Shown here in pieces: positions 35,801 to 48,210 of a stretch of 64,000 nt of DNA. The DNA comes from Macrostomum lignano (lineage: Eukaryota). The translations under genes were made by a program, and so were the position numbers. Where the stretch lies: NCBI GenBank assembly GCA_002269645.1, contig NIVC01001054.1, positions 84,744-148,743 on the forward strand. Direction: 5' to 3'. Each line of letters starts with the position of its first letter. The stretch's first letter is position 1. A model generated the notes under the pieces. That model worked only from the letters and a program-made list of their open reading frames with translations, ran no database searches and was not told the origin of the DNA.

Positions 35801-37691
35801 TATCCCACGCTAATCCGATACTAATCCCATACTAATCCCTCACTAACCCCACACTGATCCCAGACTGATCCCACACTAATCCCACACTGATCCGACACTG
35901 ATCCCACACTGATACTAAGCATTTCACTCTTGTCCACACTGCAGAGAAATCGTTAAGCTGGTCACCGCTCCCGAGTCCGACAGCAACTACTTTCAGATCC
36001 CAGACCACTCTTCGCTTGTGAGCACTGCTCAGAAACTCGCTGGTGCGCTCTGCGTGCAGATGGAGCCGAGTCCCAAACTCTGCGAAGAGAAGGTCGTCCT
36101 CCAGCAATACTCGGGTTGCAGTAAAGATAAAAAAGGAAAATTTCGGATTGAATTTGAGTTTGATTCCGCTAAAAAGTGCACGAAAAAGAAGACTTTTGAA
36201 CATATCTCGGGTTGCAGTGAGTTGTTAAAAATATATTTTTACTAATTGTGGGATACGTTTTGCCATGCTTTAAAATGCGTAAAATACTTTTCAATACGAC
36301 GTACCTCACCAAATCGTAATCCCACTCTCATCCCACACTGATCCCACACTGATCCCACACTGATTCTTTACTGATCCCACTCTGATCCCACACTGATCCC
36401 ACACTGGTCCTACACTGATCCTAAACCGATCCCACACCGATCCCACACTGATCCCACACTGATCCTACACTGATCCAACACCGATCTCACACTGATCTTA
36501 ATGCATGAGAGTTCGCGGGAAAAAGAAAAATGTTTAGAGTATTCCTCATATATTCTGCTAATTTGAATAAATTGGCCTTTTTTAACGTTTCCCTTTCCAT
36601 CTTAAAACTGTTCACACTACAGAGAATGTCGCCACCAGCCCATTCAGTGGAGTCCAGTACCTGCCCATCGACAAGCCGCGTCACTGCTTCAAATATGAGA
36701 AGTCTTTCTTCCCCACCAAGAAATTTCTTCCGACGATGAAGTGTGAGTGAAATTCTGATAATAAGTTTGGGAACTGCGGGAGCAGAAAGTAAAATCGCAA
36801 AGGTTTTAGGTAGATTCAATGGTATTGAAATTCTGGAGAGCAGATTCTGGGGTAGAGGGTCCGCGTGTTCAGATTCCGGTACTGAGGCAGATTCAGATTA
36901 TAACAAATCCCCACTATTTGGCAGTGGACAAGTGTGCAGTAATTATTATAACAAATCCCCACTATTTGGCAGTGGACAAGTGTGCAGTAATTATTATAAC
37001 AAATCCCCACTATTTGGCAGTGGACAAGTGTGCAGTAATTATTATAACAAATCCCCACTATTTGGCAGTGGACAAGTGTGCAGTAATTATTATAACAAAT
37101 CCCCACTATTTGGCAGTGGACAAGTGTGCAGTAATTATTATAACAAATCCCCACTATTTGGCAGTGGACAAGTGTGCAGTAATTATTATAACAAATCCCC
37201 ACTATTTGGCAGTGGACAAGTGTGCAGTAATTATTATAACAAATCCCCACTATTTGGCAGTGGACAAGTGTGCAGTAATTATTATAACAAATCCCCACTA
37301 TTTGGCAGTGGACAAGTGTGCAGTAATTATTATAACAAATCCCCACTATTTGGCAGTGGACAAGTGTGCAGTAATTATTATATCAAATCCCCACTATTTG
37401 GCAGTGGACAAGTGTGCAGTAATTATTATATCAAATCCCCACTATTTGGCAGTGGACAAGTGTGCAGTAATTATTATAACAAATCCCCACTATTTGGCAG
37501 TGGACAAGTGTGCAGTAATTATTATAACAAATCCCCACTATTTGGCAGTGGACAAGTGTGTCACCGCAGACTACAGTTGCGTGGCAGTCGGACAAAAGCT
37601 CAGCTGCAGAGACGAGTACGGCAACCTTTCCACGAACTGCAAATGCGACTCACATTCTCAAGGCACGACTCTGGTGATCGAACCCCAGTGA
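32822..37691 (+). CDS. Secreted two-vWA-domain protein, paralogue B (613 aa, intact); exons 32822-33417, 33642-33892, 35054-35534, 35945-36216, 36623-36742, 37570-37691
   Basis: Exons total 1842 nt (614 codons including stop), all GT-AG with consistent phase; same domains as paralogue A. Confidence 0.88.
33975..34680. repeat. G/T-rich degenerate repeat in vWA-B intron 2
   Basis: Counterpart of 9960-10715. Confidence 0.9.
35548..36495. repeat. 11-bp (atcccacactg) repeat blocks in vWA-B introns 3 (35548-35910) and 4 (36318-36495)
   Basis: Direct sequence. Confidence 0.9.
36890..37562. repeat. 48-bp minisatellite in vWA-B intron 5 (about 14 units)
   Basis: Same unit as 13640-14850. Confidence 0.97.
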
Positions 37692-38579
37692 TCATTTCTG
37701 ATTCAGTTTGCAAATTTTATTTTGTCAACGACTAAAACTCTTTAGACAGTAATTTTCGTAATGACATTACTAATGTGTGGCACATTATTGATAATAATAC
37801 TTCAATTGCTTGCGACCGAATACCAATTTTTTGCTCAGATGCTCAGTGAAACAAACTGCATCTTGATAAACGTACAGTATTTTAAATTCACCAACACCAT
37901 AATAACAAAATTTAATAGATGAGCTTTTAGTAAAATTTTATATTGATTTTTCTTTTCTCTCTCAAAACCCCCAACGGGCTTTTTGTATTGACTGAAATGT
38001 AAAAAGCTCGATTTTTTAATTCATCACTGCACCAAAAAAATTTTTGACAAAGATGCTAAATACATACTCGAAGCTGAGAGCTAAATTTAACAAGCTGAAC
38101 TTAATTTGAAATAACAAATGTTTTAACTGCAGTTTTTTAGTTTTCACCTGATCAATAAAGCAACTCCTTTGGTACCAATACTTTTAGACGCAGGGATTTG
38201 AAATTTTAAAAAAAATGTCATAACAATCATTGGTTGATCCACACGAATTCTTAGGCTCGTACTTACTTAGCGCTATTTTTGTGAAATTATTAAACGGCAG
38301 TGGCATTTAGCCTTAGGCTACTCAAGGGACAGGTCAAGCAAGTACACTAATTTTCTGTACTAAATGGTTTCAAATTTAGCCGTGCACAATGTCAGCAGAC
38401 CAGCGTACTCGCTCTCTTATCTTCTGTCTGGCCTGTTTGTGAAATAGTCTGCAATTATGCAAACCGTGGGTAGAGTTTTAAACAGCTTTCGTATACTCGA
38501 AAAGAATAATTTGCTAGATCTTCGCAGTGAGCGCCTAATGTGACCACTTCTAGCACTAACAATTTGCTATCAAGCAACA

Positions 38580-41500
38580 ATGCAAGCAATTTTAAAAGCC
38601 TTGGCATCGGTGCTGATGCAAGCAGCTGGCGAGCCGCTATGCTCACCATCGGACGAAGAGTTCGTGATGGCCATCCGGAATGGTGACACCGTGATAGTCG
38701 GTGCCTACCTGCGTTCAGGCAGAGACTTAAACAGAGAGTTTAAGTGCGGCTACACTGTGAGCTGCCCCGTCCACCTCGCCTGCAAGACCGGAAAGCTGGC
38801 CGTTGTGAAAATGCTGCTGGACGCTCGAGCCGATGTCAATTTCTTAAACCGGAACGGCGGTACCGCACTGTTCGTAGCATCTCAGCACGGCCGTGACGAG
38901 CTGGTTGATTTGCTCATTGCTTCCGGCGCCCTGGTGGACGCGGAGGTCATGAAGGGCTGCACCTCGCTGTACATTGCAGCGCAGCAGGGTCACCAGGGAG
39001 TGGCGCTTAGGCTAATCAAAGCCGGTGCACACCTGGATGTCCAGATGGGAACCGGAATGACGCCGCTGTACATTGCATCTCAGAACGGCCATCACGATGT
39101 TGTCGGTTTGCTAATTAGCGCACAAGCCAATGTGGACCTGCAGCAGAGCAGCGGAGCCGCGCCGCTTCACATTGCAGCGCAGTGCGGGCATCTCACAGTG
39201 GTTGAGCAGCTCATTAGAGCCAACGCCAACGTTGACTTGCGGGAAGGAAGCGGGGGTACACCTCTATTTGTCGCGTCACAGAGAGGACATCGGGAAGTTG
39301 TGGATGCCCTACTTCGCGCCGGAGCAAATCCCGATGTCCCGATGGAGGGCGGAGTGACGCCCTTGTTCATTGCGGCCCAGTTCGCTCATCAAGGCGTTGT
39401 TTCGTCCCTGATCGCCTCTCGAGCTGATGTGAATCGTGCAAAGTGTACGGGCGCCACGCCACTGTACCTTGTGGCTCAAAATGGGCAAACTCAGCTGGTG
39501 AACACGTTTATTAAAGCAAGCGCGGATGTTAACTTGCAGCAGAGCGCAGGAATGACACCGTTGTTTGTTGCGTCACAGAATGGATACCATAATGTAGCCT
39601 CAATACTTATAAGATCACAGGCGGATATGGACATTCAGCAAAACCTCGGCGCTACTTCGCTCTACATTGCATCGCAGAACGGGCATCAACAGGTTGTTGA
39701 CTTGCTTATCGGGGCTCAGGCCGATCTTGACCTTCAAGTGAAAAATGAAATGTCGCCGTTGCATGTTGCTTCGCAAAATCGCCTTCTCTCAATCGTTAGA
39801 GCACTGCTGAAAGCGCGCGCGGATGTTAATTTTAACGGAATGGGGGGTAGTAGAGCTACTGCATATGCATTGGATGATGACGATACTCAGGTTCTTGATC
39901 TACTGATGCAGGCCCAGGTTGACATCAGTCCGCTGTTGATACTCGCTGCGTCCCTGTCTGGCTACCAGAAATCAGTGGACATGCTAATCAAATTCCCAGT
40001 AGATGTCGATGTTGAGCTTGAGAGAGGCGTGTCGTCTTTATTTCTTGCTTCTCTCAACGGTCACTATCCAGTCGTTGAGTCTCTGATCAAGGCGCAGACA
40101 AATTTCAACGAGCAACAAACGTCCGGACTAACGCCTTTGTCCGCAGCGGAGCAAAATGGTCATTTTAAAGTTGCCGCTTTGTTAAAAACGGCGCTTAGGA
40201 ATCAGGACTGGTTGGATGCGGAGTCTGACGGTGCAGAGCCAGATTCCGTGGCTAATATTAAGTGTATCAATGCAACACACGAGCTAGATCAGTAAGCTAA
40301 TTAATCTCTCCTCACTTTTAGCTTTTAATTTGAAAGCAAAAACAGCATAATAGTTCCAACATTTTAGCCCGACCGCGAGTGGAGACTCGAAGTTGAGTTG
40401 TCTGCTGCAGAACGAGCTGACGACATCCGGATTCGTGCAGTCAAGAGCAGCAATACAATCCGCAGTGGCTGACGTGCTCCAGGCGATCGTGAGGAAAAGG
40501 CTAGACAATGATGATGTTCATATCGTTGGAAGCTACTCTGAGGGCTGGGGCAACAATCTGAAAACTCTCGATGGCAGGACGGACGTAGAGTCCGACATTG
40601 ATGTGATGAGACTCATCGCCAGCCGACTTTATCACGTAAAGGGCATGTGCAAATGTGACAGTCTACCGGAAGAATTAGTTGAGTACGACAATGGGCACAT
40701 TTTTTGCCCTGGATATGGTAAGTCTGCTGGTAAGAATGGATGCATAGTTTAATGGGTATGAATCCTTTTAGGCATTAAATCATCAGAGTTCCTATTCCAG
40801 CTTCAACTCCAGCCCACGCATTCAGAGGGTCAGCATTGAAGCCAGCCGTGGACAAAGTGGATGCCTGTCGCCTCTGCTGCTATCCGCCCATAGCACCGCT
40901 TGAGCCACATCGACTTTCCAAGTCCAACATACCCAAGTCCACACTGCAGTCTCTGCAAAACGAACTTGTCTCGTCGCCCTGTCACGTGGTGCATGCGGCA
41001 CCTCCTGGAGAAGGCGGTAAGCAGCTCCGAGTGAGTACAACTTTTCTGGAGAGGCGTCTGCTGCGCAGTCTGAATACTCTTCAGGGCCAGCTGTTTGTCA
41101 CACTTAAATACCTGGTGAAGAAAGTGATCTCTAACAAGCATTGCTTCAAAGTTCAAGGAGTGAAATCCTACCACGTAAAGACCATCACGTTTCGGATGAT
41201 AGAGGAGATTACAGCCGAGCAATGGAAGCAGGAGAATCTGGTTTTCCTTGTGAGACAAGCGCTTTGCATTCTGCAGGACAGTCTAGAAAGTGGCTGCAGG
41301 CCAGGTAACACGGATCACAGGATTATGGATCATTTTTTTCTAGGCGATGCGGGGCTGTATCTGAAAGGAACCGGCCCGATTTCGTCACAGGCAATGAAAC
41401 GGATCTTGCAAGAAGCAGCGGGTGCTGTGGGACAAGTCATTGATCAGCTGCCTAAACTGCTTCTGGATTTCAAGGACACCCTGCGACCAGTCGCCGACTC

Positions 41501-42250
41501 GGCCAGGTTCTACTTTCATCCGTTTGCCATACTGCCTCAGTTTGCCAAACGAACTCAGAGCCTAAGAGCAATAGCAAGTTCCAATATCATGAGATCTACG
41601 ACTGCGTGCGCGACTGTCTTTTGCTCCTGTGCGGTGAGGACTGTCGTGTCGAGAGAATGGAACGTCTGGCGGAGCTGATCGACAAGCTCCCAGACTGTGC
41701 AAGCTCGACGCGCGAGACTCTCCGTGTTCTGACTTTTTTGAAGTTCGGCTATCGGGAAGCCGCAGTTGAGGTCTTGAGCGGGTGCGAAGTCATCACCGCA
41801 AGCAGAGGCTTATCTTGGTCTTCTGAGAAGCCAGCAAGCGAGGCCACTTCAGCAGTCGTTTGGCAGCACCTGAGGACCCAGAACTCGGCTTGGAAGTTTT
41901 GCTTTCAATTTGAAGACTGCTGTCCAAAACTCTGCCTTCTGCCGGGAGCTTTGGAGAATTGTTTCCCGCTGCAGACCAGCAACTCAAGTCAATACTTTGT
42001 GAACTTTGACGTTCTGCTTCGGGTTTTGCGTCTTGAGTTCGTAGCTGGCCATGATACGGATGCGCAAGACTCTTTCGTAGCGGAGATTCTCGAACGCGAT
42101 GACTCTGACGTCCAAGAGTTGATGGTGGCCGCCTTAAAATGTCGCAGCTTTGCGAAATCTGAGCGAATCATAAAAATTATCCAAGAAACTATGGGATGGG
42201 TGCCCCACTGGCTTCTGAAGGAGATGGGGCTCGATTTTTCATCGCTTTGA
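38580..42250 (+). CDS. Ankyrin-repeat + Mab21/cGAS-like nucleotidyltransferase (cGLR) + C-terminal helical region, ~1170 aa; exons 38580-40291, 40368-40717, 40801-42250
   Basis: About 15 ANK repeats (TPLxxAsQnGH). Introns ca|GTAAGC..ttttAG|c (76 nt) and g|GTAAGT..ttccAG|ct (83 nt) join the frames. NTase: IVGSYSEG...ESDIDVM, VDKVDAC. Mab21 C-lobe: LRVSTTFLERRLL, LKYLVKK, VKSYHVKTITF...W..ENL, MDHFFL. One 1-nt frameshift at an A-run (41547-41549). Confidence 0.85.
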
Positions 42251-42824
42251 GATCCTACGCGCTCGTATTTACATTAAGCTTACAGCCATGAACAACTAAA
42301 GTCAAAGGACGCTTCGAAATTGTGTACTTATCACCGGAGGACTGGTTTCCACAGCAAAGTGCATTGGCTAGATAAATATGAGTGCAAATTTTGCGGCTGT
42401 AGTCGGTTGCATCGTGCAAATATTAATTTTGTGTTTTGAAGCTGAAAACTTACTAATCTCAGTACAGTTGCAGTTTGCAGTGAAAACCCGACTCCGGGAA
42501 AAAAACACAACACACACACTCCGCACAACATGCTACTAATGTAGCTTCCTGTATCCACGCGGAGAGCTTCCCTGTCGTTCTTTAGACAAATATATAATAT
42601 CAAAGTTTCATGCTTTTAATAAAGCAGACAATATGGAAACGTTTTTTTAAAACGCATATTTTAGCAAAGTGTCAATCCTTTCAGTTTTCTAGTAGAGAAC
42701 CTGTTAAATTCGACTAAGTCATGCAGTGTGTCATTCTTGGTACTACGAGTATTACGAACGTATTTTACTACCGACACCAAATTTCAATTCTAAACATAAT
42801 AATAAAACATCTCAAAAATGTCAG

Positions 42825-43336
42825 TCAAGGGGCAGCAGAAGCTGCATGGCTGTCAGGCCTCAGGCAGTCTGCACTGGCCGGCCCCTCGGCAGGAGCTCCA
42901 GCTGACCGCCAAAACGCCGACTGCACAGCTCCCGCTTCTTCGCTCTTCCCGTCTTCTGTCGTCGCGACTTCTCCTCGGTTGCCTTGGCAACAAACGGCGT
43001 CTGGCCGCGCACTTTTCCGGCGTTGCCCAGCCGGCCGTGGGTTTTGCCGCCCGGCAAAACGCAAGCAGCGCAGAGGCGGACTGGCGAGCGGCTCTCCAAA
43101 GCCGTCAGCAGGAGGCAATCCCAGCTGTCGGCGTCGGCGGAAGTCTGCAGCGACAGAGGCGCACCACCGCTAGGCAGGTAGCACACGGGCATCACCTGGC
43201 TGGTGGAGAGGCCGCCGGTCAGGATTCGCCGCACCGCCGCCTGCAGGTCACCGGAACGACTGTCTGCGTCCAGGTCGATCACCCGAGTCGCACTGCCGGC
43301 TACAGTTGGCGGTAGTTCAATAATAATTTGCGTCAT
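42825..43336 (-). CDS. Small unassigned ORF (~160 aa), N-terminus weakly suggestive of a beta-grasp/PB1-like fold
   Basis: [10 protein letters not shown]...RVIDLDAD...LQAAVRRIL...VCYL...LSLQT pattern in a GC-rich open frame. The 3' end is ambiguous between two frames (42860 or 42825). Confidence 0.4.
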
Positions 43337-43998
43337 CTTTGATCGTCCTAGAAACTGTAGTTTTCCTGATTTACGTTGCCAGGTGCTGTTTCCTATAGGA
43401 AAAAATTACTTGTAGTTGAAATGTAGCAGAAATGCAGGTTTTGCAGGCCATTGTCAGAGAATTTATGCGGCTATAGTCGCTTGCATATTATGTTGCAACT
43501 CATTGCCTCATGTGTGTTGCATATTATTGTGCAACTGAAAGCTACCTTAGCGTATGGCTTAAAATAGGAGTTTGTTAACTGACTGTGGCTATAAATAGCA
43601 TCACGCCCGCCAGACTTCTCTCCCAAGCCCACACTCACTGCAGTGCACTTTCCAAATTTTGATGCTAGCTTGTACTTCTGCACGACTGCACCATTAGCCG
43701 TCAAGAGGCTCATTCATGCCGTCCATAAATTAATACAAACTTTTTAACAGACGACAGTGTCATAGAATTAAAATAAAAATTTGCACTTTAAAATGTGATG
43801 TATACATTCGCACCATAAAGAAATTTGAAAGTTCCAAAGTTTCTAGAGCTAGACTACCATAGACTATTTCACTTCAATCGTATAGATGTGGTAGTCCTTT
43901 AGAATCTATTGTATTCAGTATACGTACTTTGTGTTTTGTGGCTGAAAGGACTCAAAGCCGAGACCAGTTCTCAAAGCTCCGCTCCGATTCGCTTCCAA

Positions 43999-45645
43999 AT
44001 GGCACCCAACCCCAATGGAAGCAATCCCTGGGACTTGGATCGGCTGTCGGCCACTGGTCGACAGTATCTGCTTGAGCCTCAAAGTCGCAGCAACATCGTG
44101 CGCCAGCTTCAGCAACGCTTGCAGCAAGAGCAGCAGAGACGATGCGAGCACCAGCAGCTGCTACTGTCAAGCAACAACATTGCTGGACAGCAGCTCCAGG
44201 ACAACGAGCAGGAGCAACAGATCAAGGATCAGCAAGAATCAGACGAGGCACGCAAAGCGGATACCGGAGCTCCATCGACGGTAAAAACTTACAAAACTGC
44301 TCCGACTCCCCCAACACCTCCTCCTCCGCCACCGAAACCGACGCACAAGATCAGCTCTGACGAATATCTACTGCCGACAACTCAGTTAAAATTGAGGGCG
44401 AAAGCTTCCAAAGAAAACCTTGTTCCTGCCTATGTGGCCATGACAGAAACAGAGGAGCCCGCTGCTAGCTTGACCTCAAAAATCGTTTTCGATGAAGTGA
44501 AACAGCGACATTCAAAGCTGTCAATTAGTGACAGTGCAATGGAAGATAATCCAGAAGCAGAAAAATTACCTTCACGACCGTCTTCTCAAGATGTACTTGA
44601 AGAGTTGAGATTTAAGCGCTTTAATCTCTCAGATAAAGGTGAATCAACTGGCATCGACGAATTTAAAGGCTCAAACGTTCGACTGTCTACTCAGGAGATT
44701 TATGACGAGATCCGGGCGTGCCAGTCGGATCTGTATCGGGCCGGCGAGGCCAGTCAAGACCAGACAAACCACCTGTCTACAAAAGAAATCTTAAAAGAGT
44801 CCAGGGCAGCAAGCAGAGAGAAGCATTCCCGATCGAGTGCTGACCGAGCTCAACCGTCACTTCAAGCCATAAATGGAAGCCTTCGACTTAACCGTTCAAA
44901 AGCAGTTGAGCTCGACTCTGATAACGAGGACGAGGACATCCGCTCTTCACAAAGGAGGGATCCAAAATCTAGAACCGCAGCCGGCCTCGACAAAGACGTG
45001 CACCACGACAGGCACGCAAAACTGAGCTATCCAAGCGGTCGATCGATACGCCATATCGATGATGAAGCCGTGGATGACAACGGCGTGCAGCAGAGACTGG
45101 CGGGACGCGCTAGACAGGCGGCTGAATCGCCTGTAGAAACTCGACGATATAGAGGCGGTTCCGGCATTGGTGGCAGTTACAGGGCACTCTCGCCTGCTGG
45201 CGAATCCAGAGAGTTGGACAGCTGGAACGAGCAGTCAGTCAATCGTCAGGGCGGTTACCTGACCCGCTTCATCGGCTCTCCAAACTCGCTGATTGACAGT
45301 TTTACGTCATCAGTATCCGTTGGCAGAGTGCAGCAGAGTGCTGCAACGCCATGCTTGATGTGCCTGATTCGCTGTCTGCGAAGCACCGGTCTGTTGGGCA
45401 GCTGCTGGAGGGCGGCAATATCCGAACTGGAGGAAGCGTTCGCGCTGAAGGCCGTTGCAGACGCTGTGGCGGTGGGACCAGGCGAACAAATGCCAAGGGC
45501 GCAAACCTATCAACAGCCTTACCAGATGGCCCCACCACGGGAACATGATAGCGCTCTCACTGGCGAGGTCAACAAGTGGCAAGCGTTGGAACAGCTCTGC
45601 AGCCTGCAGAACAGCATCCGGAACTGCCCGCACTCTAGTGACTAA
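43999..45645 (+). CDS. Single-exon, largely low-complexity protein (Gln-rich, polyproline, repeated amphipathic helices); function unknown
   Basis: Frame open from 43909 to 45645; first ATG with GC-rich coding character is MAPNPNGSNPW at ~43999. Confidence 0.65.
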   Translation: MAPNPNGSNPWDLDRLSATGRQYLLEPQSRSNIVRQLQQRLQQEQQRRCEHQQLLLSSNNIAGQQLQDNEQEQQIKDQQESDEARKADTGAPSTVKTYKTAPTPPTPPPPPPKPTHKISSDEYLLPTTQLKLRAKASKENLVPAYVAMTETEEPAASLTSKIVFDEVKQRHSKLSISDSAMEDNPEAEKLPSRPSSQDVLEELRFKRFNLSDKGESTGIDEFKGSNVRLSTQEIYDEIRACQSDLYRAGEASQDQTNHLSTKEILKESRAASREKHSRSSADRAQPSLQAINGSLRLNRSKAVELDSDNEDEDIRSSQRRDPKSRTAAGLDKDVHHDRHAKLSYPSGRSIRHIDDEAVDDNGVQQRLAGRARQAAESPVETRRYRGGSGIGGSYRALSPAGESRELDSWNEQSVNRQGGYLTRFIGSPNSLIDSFTSSVSVGRVQQSAATPCLMCLIRCLRSTGLLGSCWRAAISELEEAFALKAVADAVAVGPGEQMPRAQTYQQPYQMAPPREHDSALTGEVNKWQALEQLCSLQNSIRNCPHSSD

Positions 45646-45934
45646 ATTTTGCGCACAGAGAACGTTTTCAAATTTAGGCTTTTAACATGGACGTGTCTCA
45701 CAAAGATTTTCAATAAAATTATCACATATTCGGTTTCATTCACATGCGACCGGCGTGTTGTTGGTCCAGTTCATTTCATGGGACGCAAAATTCATTTGAA
45801 TAGTTCGTTTTTTATTTAGTACCTGCTCCTTCCAGTGCATGAATATAAAAACATACTGTGCACATGTACTTAACGACTCTGAAAAGAACCAAGCGTAATA
45901 CGTTACATGCAGCTCAATCGGAGATGGTTAATAT

Positions 45935-45959
45935 GTGTCTGCCTGTCTGTCTGTCTGCC

Positions 45960-45996
<37 letters not shown>

Positions 45997-46022
45997 GCCT
46001 GTCTGTCTGTCTGTCTGTCTGC

Positions 46023-46071
<49 letters not shown>

Positions 46072-46101
46072 GCCTGTCTGTCTGTCTGTCTGTCTGTCTG
46101 C

Positions 46102-46172
<71 letters not shown>
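45935..46172. repeat. (TCTG)n microsatellite
   Basis: Direct sequence. Confidence 0.96.
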
Positions 46173-46173
<1 letters not shown>

Positions 46174-46344
46174 CCTCCTTCAACTCATTCGCAAAATGGA
46201 TTGTCTTTCAGAAACCCTTACAGCCCCATTTACCGAGCTGTCAATGAAGTTATTCTACAAGTTCAGGCAAGCGGGTCTGACCAACTTGGTTAACCCCAGA
46301 CTGCACTGCCTAAAATCCAGCAACGATAAGATCGATCGCCAGGA

Positions 46345-47530
46345 ATCAGGAATGGGTCGGAATAGTCAGGAATGGGTCGGGACTGAGTCAGGAATGGGTC
46401 GGGACTGAGTCAGGAATGGGTCGGGACTGATCGTCAGGAATGGGTCCGGACTGAGTCAGGAATGGGTCAGTACTGAGTCAAGAATGGGTCGGGAGTGCGT
46501 CGGAAGTGGATCGAGAATGATCCCGATCTCTGAAGATCTCGTGAGAGTCTGATCAACTCTCACGACTTGAGAGTAAGTCGTGAGTGGGTCGAAAACGAAT
46601 CGGGAATGGGTCAGGAACTGGTCGAGAGTTGTTCAATCATGCTAGTGGGACAAATTAGCAAAGAACACTTACTAACACTTACAGCTATATTTAGCAACAG
46701 GCGGACAGAAAGTTAAAACAGTCGTAATAAAATTCCGAATTCCGAGACCGAGGAGAAGGCCAGGCTCTATTTAAAAGTAATAAAACTGGACCTCATATTA
46801 TCGATCGTGCAACTAATAATACGAAACGCTGTAAATGGGTCACACAACGAAACAAAAATAAGAAGCCCAATTTGGGGCCACAATACGCTAATTGCACTGA
46901 CGAGATAGGAAAAAGGATAATTATTGTCAGTGTGGGTCAGGAATGGGTTGGGAGTGGGTTGGGAGTGGGTCGGGAGTGGGTAGGGAGTGGGTCGGGAGTG
47001 GGTAGGGAGTGGGTCGGAAATGGGTCGGGAATGGGTCGGGAATGGGTCGGGAGTGGGTCACAGTGGGTCAGGAGTGGCCGGGAGTGAGTCGCGAGAGAGT
47101 CGGGAGCTGGTTGGGAGTTGGGTCGGGCGTGGGTTGGGAGTGGGTCGGGAGTGGGTCGGAAATGGGTCGGGAATGGGTCGGGAATGGGTCGGGATCAGTG
47201 GTCGGGAATGGGTCGGGAGTGGGTCGGGAATGGGTCGGGAATGGGTCGGGAGTGGGTCGGGAATGGGTCGGGAGTGGGTCGGGAATGGGTCGGGAGTGGG
47301 TTGGGAGTGGGTCGGGAATGGGTCGGGAGTGGGTCGGGAATGGGTCGGGAGTGGGTCACAGTGGGTCAGGAGTGGCCGGGAGTGAGTCGCGAGAGAGTCG
47401 GGAGCTGGTCGTGAGTGGCCGGGAGTGAGTCGCGAGAGAGTCGGGAGCTGGTTGGGAGTTGGGTCGGGCGTGGGTTGGGAGTGGGTCGGGAATGGGTCTT
47501 AGTGGGTCGGGAGTGGGTCGGGAATGAGTC
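46345..47530. repeat. gggtcggga(gt/at) 11/22-bp repeat blocks (46345-46500 and 46930-47530)
   Basis: Direct sequence; source of the GSGVGREWV ORFs. Confidence 0.9.
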
Positions 47531-48019
47531 AGGAAGGTTTCGAGGTAAAAGAACACCAATAAATAGGTTACCGATTAAATATAGTAGTGATCAGAAATTC
47601 TTGGCAGTCAGTCCAGTCAATGGCTTCACTTTAGCAAGTGTGGCACATACAAGCAGCTCGATTAACCTCGAAGTACATGAAGTCCTGCAAATTTTTGAAA
47701 GTAATAATTGTAAAATATTCTCAACTTCTAATGGGTCATTTTTCGAGAAGCGCTATGCATCTGAGGATAAAAACTGCTCAAACTCACAATCAGGAAGCAG
47801 GCTCCGATGATGGTGGCCTTCGTGTCCAGGTGCAGATCCTTTGGAAACGAAATCCCAAAGTTATCGGCCAACGTGAAGTACTCCTGCATCAGGTTGGTCC
47901 ACTTCTTGGCAATGAAACCGATCACCTGGTTGTCATCCTTCGACTTCATCTGCATCATTTAAAGCGAGTTATTGCTTGTTTGACCTCCAACTCATCAACT
48001 TTGGTCTTGACCTACGGCC

Positions 48020-48210
48020 TGACCCACCAACCAGATCTCTGACCCACCAAACAGATCCTTGACCCACAATCCGATCTCTGACCCACCAAACAGATCCCTG
48101 ACCCACCAACCAGATCCCTGAACCACCAACCAGATCCCTGACCCACCAACCAGATCCCTGACCCACCAACCAGATCCCTGACCCATCAACCAGATCCCTG
48201 ACTCACCAAT
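48020..48210. repeat. 20-bp minisatellite (accaaccagatccctgaccc) in a scramblase intron
   Basis: Direct sequence. Confidence 0.9.

Noticed and set aside
38580-40295. Stand-alone 571 aa ankyrin protein
   Set aside because: The stop overlaps a strong GTAAGC donor and splicing continues in frame into the NTase exon.
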